A stretch of 64,000 nt of DNA from Amoebidium appalachense. Its lineage: Eukaryota > Protista > Ichthyosporea. A program made the position numbers and the translations under genes. Location of the stretch: the NCBI GenBank assembly GCA_963693365.1, contig CAVNZM010000011.1, positions 2,154,989-2,218,988 of the forward strand, in the 5' to 3' direction. How positions within the stretch are numbered: the stretch's first letter is position 1; the number at the start of each line of letters is the position of its first letter. Of the stretch, positions 51,697 through 64,000 are shown piece after piece. The notes beneath the pieces are model-generated. The model made no database searches. It was given only the letters and a program-made list of their open reading frames with translations, and had not been told where the DNA came from.

Positions 51697-52080
51697 AAAA
51701 AGAGAGGACGGAGGGGGAGGGGGAGAGAGCGAGAGGGGGTGGATGGATGGGTGGCTGGGTAAGAGGGTGAGAAGGGGAGAGAGAGAGGGGGGGGGGGGGG
51801 GGGAGGGGGGGGGGGGGGGAGGGAGAGGTAGGTGGGGAGGGAGAGAGGGGGAGAGAGAAAGAGAGAACACTGCACACACACACACACAGAGGGAGGGAAG
51901 GAAGAAGAAGGGGAGGGGAAGGGTCGGGGGGTGGGGGGGTGGGTGGAGGGGGCGAAGAGAGTTTAGGGGGGAGGAGAGGAGAGAGAGAGAGAGGAAGGGA
52001 GGAGGGGGTGGAGAGAGAGATGGAGGGAGAGTGTGGGTGGGTGGGAAGAGGCGGGGGGAGGGGGGGGGGGGGGGGGGGGG

Positions 52081-52111
<31 letters not shown>

Positions 52112-52662
52112 AACGGGGCGAGGGACGGAAGGAAGGGGACGGGAGGGAGGGGTTGGGGGGGGAGGGGGAGAAGAAGGGAGAGAACGAGGGAGGGAGGGAG
52201 GGAGGGGGAGGGGGAGAAGGAGAGAGTGGCAGAGAGACCCAGAAGCTAGATATATTCATATACATATGAGTTCACATGTGGCACAATTGCTTACATGTCC
52301 ATAATGCTTATGCACACAGTCTTACGCTTCCCCACACCCGCACAAACGTCCTTACACAACCTCACATATACAAATCAAATACAGAAATTGCCTCCAAAGC
52401 ATCTGCCCTCGGTGGCCCGACCCTTTTGTCAGACATTCCAATTTTGGCCGGCATGCTTCCAACTATCGGTCAGCACTTTGCAAAAACAACCCATGTTCAG
52501 GCATCAACAGAAGCCCGTCCACCCACTGTTGATGCAGGCACGCTGTATGCCTGTGTGCGGCAGTTACCTTCGCTGCTGCCAAAACCCAGTGATCAGTGCG
52601 TTGCTTGGCCAGTGGGCGCCGTAGCACCTTTGCTCGCACGCCTTACAAAAGGTTAACCCTCC

Positions 52663-52693
<31 letters not shown>

Positions 52694-52850
52694 ACACACC
52701 CCCACCCCCCACCCCCTCCCCCTTTGTTCTGTGTATTTTCTTGCTGGGTTTGAGTCTGGTTTTGGATCAACACATCATATAGGTATCCTTTCTGTTGGTT
52801 ATTTGTTTTGCAGTGTATTGACCCTTCTATCTTGGCCTTACGTATGTTGA

Positions 52851-52884
<34 letters not shown>

Positions 52885-53279
52885 CCCCCTTTCAAAATCT
52901 ACACACCAATTTTTTACTCGCCGCCTGTCTTCCCTTACCCTTTTTCATTTGGGGCCCCCCTCCTCTAACCTGCCCCACCTTTCCGGACATAGGCCCCCCT
53001 GAGGATGGGCTTCGTTATCGTTGCCTGCTCTGTGCATTTGCTTTTCCTCGTCAATATATCTACTGCTTACTGTCCCCCGTGTTTCTTTGTAATCATGTCA
53101 CTTACCCCTCCCCCCCCCCCCCCCCCCCCCCCCCCCACCCCCCTCCCCCCCTCCCCCCACCCCACCCACCGAGCCCCCCCCCCCCCCTCCCCCCCTCCCC
53201 CCCTTCCCTCTCCCCTTGTAAACCCTTCTCTTGCTTTCTCACTCCCCTCCCCGCCCCCTCCCCGCCCCTCCCCGCCCCC

Positions 53280-53314
<35 letters not shown>

Positions 53315-53799
53315 ACAAACAAACAAAAAAAAAATAAATAAATAAAAGATACCATTTTTCTCAAACCCCTTCCCCTGCCTCCCCCCCCCCCCCCCCCCCC
53401 CTTTTTTTTTCGCGCCTTTGCTTTTTATATACAGGAGGTGACACGGTGCTACATGTTGAGCCCACCTCTCTCCTACCATGTTGCTGGCCCACTGGGCCCC
53501 AACCACCCACACCCACCACCATACACCTGCCAACCCTCTCGGAAGCAGCGGGTGTGATTGGGAGAGAGGGCAAAGGAAAAGAAAAGTGTGTGGGTTTGGT
53601 GTGTGTTGGGTGGGGTGTGGGTGTTGGTTTGCCACCGGGTTTAAAGGTTGCTAGGGAGGGGGAGGGGTGTATAGTGGTGGTTGTAGATGGAGCAACGAGT
53701 AGAAGTAAGGGGGGATTGTGTGTGGAGGTGTATCGGGTGGGCAGGGATGGGTTGGCTGATCCGGTTACGTTTAGTCTGGAGGGTGATGGTATGGAGTAG
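50778..53799 (+). CDS. Hypothetical protein, 314 aa, with a possible degenerate MPN/JAB-like C-terminal domain; exons 50778-51090, 52385-52651, 53435-53799
   Basis: ACCATG start and two phase-1 GT-AG introns give a 945-nt open frame. The C-terminal EKCVGLV...CIVVVVDGATSRSKGGLCVEVYRV resembles the MPN pattern E..VGW...(V)ALVVDP..S..G...I.AYR but lacks HxH. Confidence 0.6.
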
Positions 53800-54510
53800 G
53801 TGGCGGGTGTATTGATGGCGGTTTGTTGGGCACACGCACGTGCACATACTGTAAAGATAGCCAACGAAGGTATATTGCGCATAAGCGTAGAGATGTGTAT
53901 GAAAGCCGACACACACACACTTATGCACGCGTGCCCGCCCGCGCGCGCACACACACACAAAACACACACACAAACACACACAAACATAGACCCAGACACA
54001 GGCGTGTGCACGCACACGTACACTCACGTGCAAGAAGGCAACATGCGCACAGATACATGCTCATGCCCACGTACACACGCAAAACCACACACGCACGCAC
54101 ACGCACATGCACACGCTCGCTCGCGCTCACACCTAGAGAGATGCATGTATGGTTTGCGCAGTTACCTCTAGAGCCTGGTGGTACTACATATAGCGAGCAC
54201 TGCAATAACGGGAACAACAAATCGATGGATGAAGCTTGTAACTTCAGGTCTCGTACTTGTTGAATTGAGTTTGTGTATGATATCGATTCCGAATTAGTCA
54301 ATGCAAATGGATATGAATGAATAAATTACGTACTCCAGGGATTCGGGCGCCTGTGCTCCAATTAATATACGCTTTCAATGCATGCGCAAATACCACCTAT
54401 GGGTGCATGTGACAAACACGGTGACCATGGCTACGGCGCCTGCTGCAATGATCATGTGCATGAATTAATGTGCAGATTCGTCTTGCTAAGCCCATTCCAA
54501 TTAATACTGT

Positions 54511-54549
<39 letters not shown>

Positions 54550-54728
54550 TGGAGTACTGCACCACATGGCTACACACGCACGTAGACTCGCATATACACC
54601 GCGCACATGTGCACACACACCGTGCGCAAGCACCCACACACCCACACAGGCACACACACACAAACATGTGCGCGCACATACACACACACATATATGCCCT
54701 GCCCCCCTCCCCCCCCCCCCCCCCCCCC

Positions 54729-54772
<44 letters not shown>

Positions 54773-55214
54773 CATGCACACACCGCAACACACACACACA
54801 CATGCAGCTATCATTGCACATAAAGCCAAGGGGAGCTTCCAACACCCGAATACAGTGCCACACACGAGAGTCATGCATATGCACACCATCTTCCAAGCCA
54901 GAGGTCTTGTGTCTTTTGCAACAAATTGAGAAATTGAGCTTAACCAACAGCGAATCACTTGCAGTGATCTTCAGCCAATGAGAATTCTTTCTCGAATACT
55001 TGCTCCATCAAGGAGTCAGTTATGGATTTCGTTTCAATACAATGCCCATCATCATCTGCTAAACACATAGTTGCACCATTCAAGATTAACCAACCATGTT
55101 GCTCGAATATACCTAAATTGGGCATAATGACACATACGATCTGGTTATTGTTCTCTACTATGCCTACCTCTACATTTGAAGGGGGATTTAGAACTGGAGT
55201 CAATGTGTGTCTGT

Positions 55215-55267
<53 letters not shown>

Positions 55268-55585
55268 CACGTGCGTACGTGCGCGCGTGTGTGTGTGCCC
55301 GCGCGCACGCGCATGGCGCCTATGCCTCATTACGTGTACTTGTGGTGTGTATGTGTGTGTGTTCGTGTTTGTACATCTGACAGAAATACTCAGCAAGTTA
55401 TTAAGTTACCGCGTGTTTGCATATGCTCTGTCACCATCACGCAGTGTGCATTCGAGCACCCATGTCTATGAACCTGCACTATCACATGCCTACCAAGCCT
55501 ACCATGTATACCAGACATACCATGTATTCACTGTACGCACTTAACTATTTAACCATGATTACGCCACCACTTAACCCATTAACAC

Positions 55586-63235
<7,650 letters not shown>

Positions 63236-64000
63236 CTACATTGAAATGACGTGGGTCAGCCCACCACATACCATGTTTAATTATCGAAATATGTTCCCAA
63301 CTGCTCTCTGTCTCCCCCCTCCCCCCTCCCCTTTCCCCCCTACCCCCTTCCCCTCCCCTCCCCACCCCCCCCCCCCCCCCCACCTCTCCCCCCTCGCCCC
63401 TAAAACAACAAGAACAACCCTCCCTCCACACCACACCTACTCCCTTGCCACAACCACCTACTCCAGTCACCTACCATGGTCTTTTGCTCTCCCCCCACCT
63501 TCCCTCAGCTCCCCCCTCAACGCCCCTCTTACACTACTCTCCAATGGCCCTTTCCCCTCCCCCCTCCCCCCCCCCCCTCCCCCCGCCGCCTTTTCTCTTA
63601 TGGTTGCTGCCAAGTACTTCTTAACCGCCCCCCCCACCACCACACACCCCAATACTCATACTCATCATAATCCTCCCCGCCCCCCACCTCCCTTTAGTCA
63701 TTCTCCCCAATGATCCTTAATGATTCCTCCTCCCCCCCCCCCCTCCCTACCCCCCTCCCCCACGTTCAAACCATGCTCCCAATGATACTTCCCCACTTCT
63801 ATCGAACCTTCGCGCATATTTCCCAATGCCCCAATGAACCTCATTCCCCTCCTTCCCCCTCCAAAGCAACCCGCTCTCCCCCCCCCCCTCCCCCCATCCC
63901 CCCCAAATATAAGCATACTCCTCAATAATCCTCCCCCCCTCCCCCTTCCCCCCCCCCCCCCCCCCCCAATATACACATACTCCTCAATAATCCTTACCCT

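Noticed and set aside
52988-53110. Hammerhead ribozyme or C/D snoRNA suggested by CTGAnGA/TGAnGA in the intronic repeat family
   Set aside because: There is no downstream GAAA core with stem II and no terminal box D (CTGA) in the copies.

Overview
Eukaryotic genomic DNA with spliceosomal introns, dense in (CA/GT)n, (GA)n and long poly-G/C tracts. Most ORFs in the supplied track are repeat artefacts. Splicing by hand gives these genes: an RGS-domain protein (-), a BLOC1S3/BLOS3-like protein (-), two tandem copies of a PF11316 'putative rhamnosyltransferase'-type glycosyltransferase (+; first copy broken, second intact), a possible degenerate MPN/JAB-like protein (+), and the 3' part of an ARID2/RSC9 chromatin-remodelling subunit (-) with a long polyQ tail. 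Mobile DNA includes a decayed LINE cut by a PIF/Harbinger element, two further MITEs and a decayed piggyBac-like element. From about 33.4 to 46 kb there is a nested TE stack whose layers can be partly ordered by target-site duplications: DIRS-like RT, gag with CCHC knuckle, two related solo LTRs, an intron-containing P-element transposase relic, and a young non-autonomous LTR element. The gene set suggests a non-animal opisthokont such as an ichthyosporean, but this is inference only. All family assignments come from motif recognition by eye; no database search was run. I did not find a clearly new system. The best leads are microsatellite-supplied splice sites, the PF11316 duplication, the P-element relic, an orphan Cys-rich ORF and a short intron-resident repeat family.
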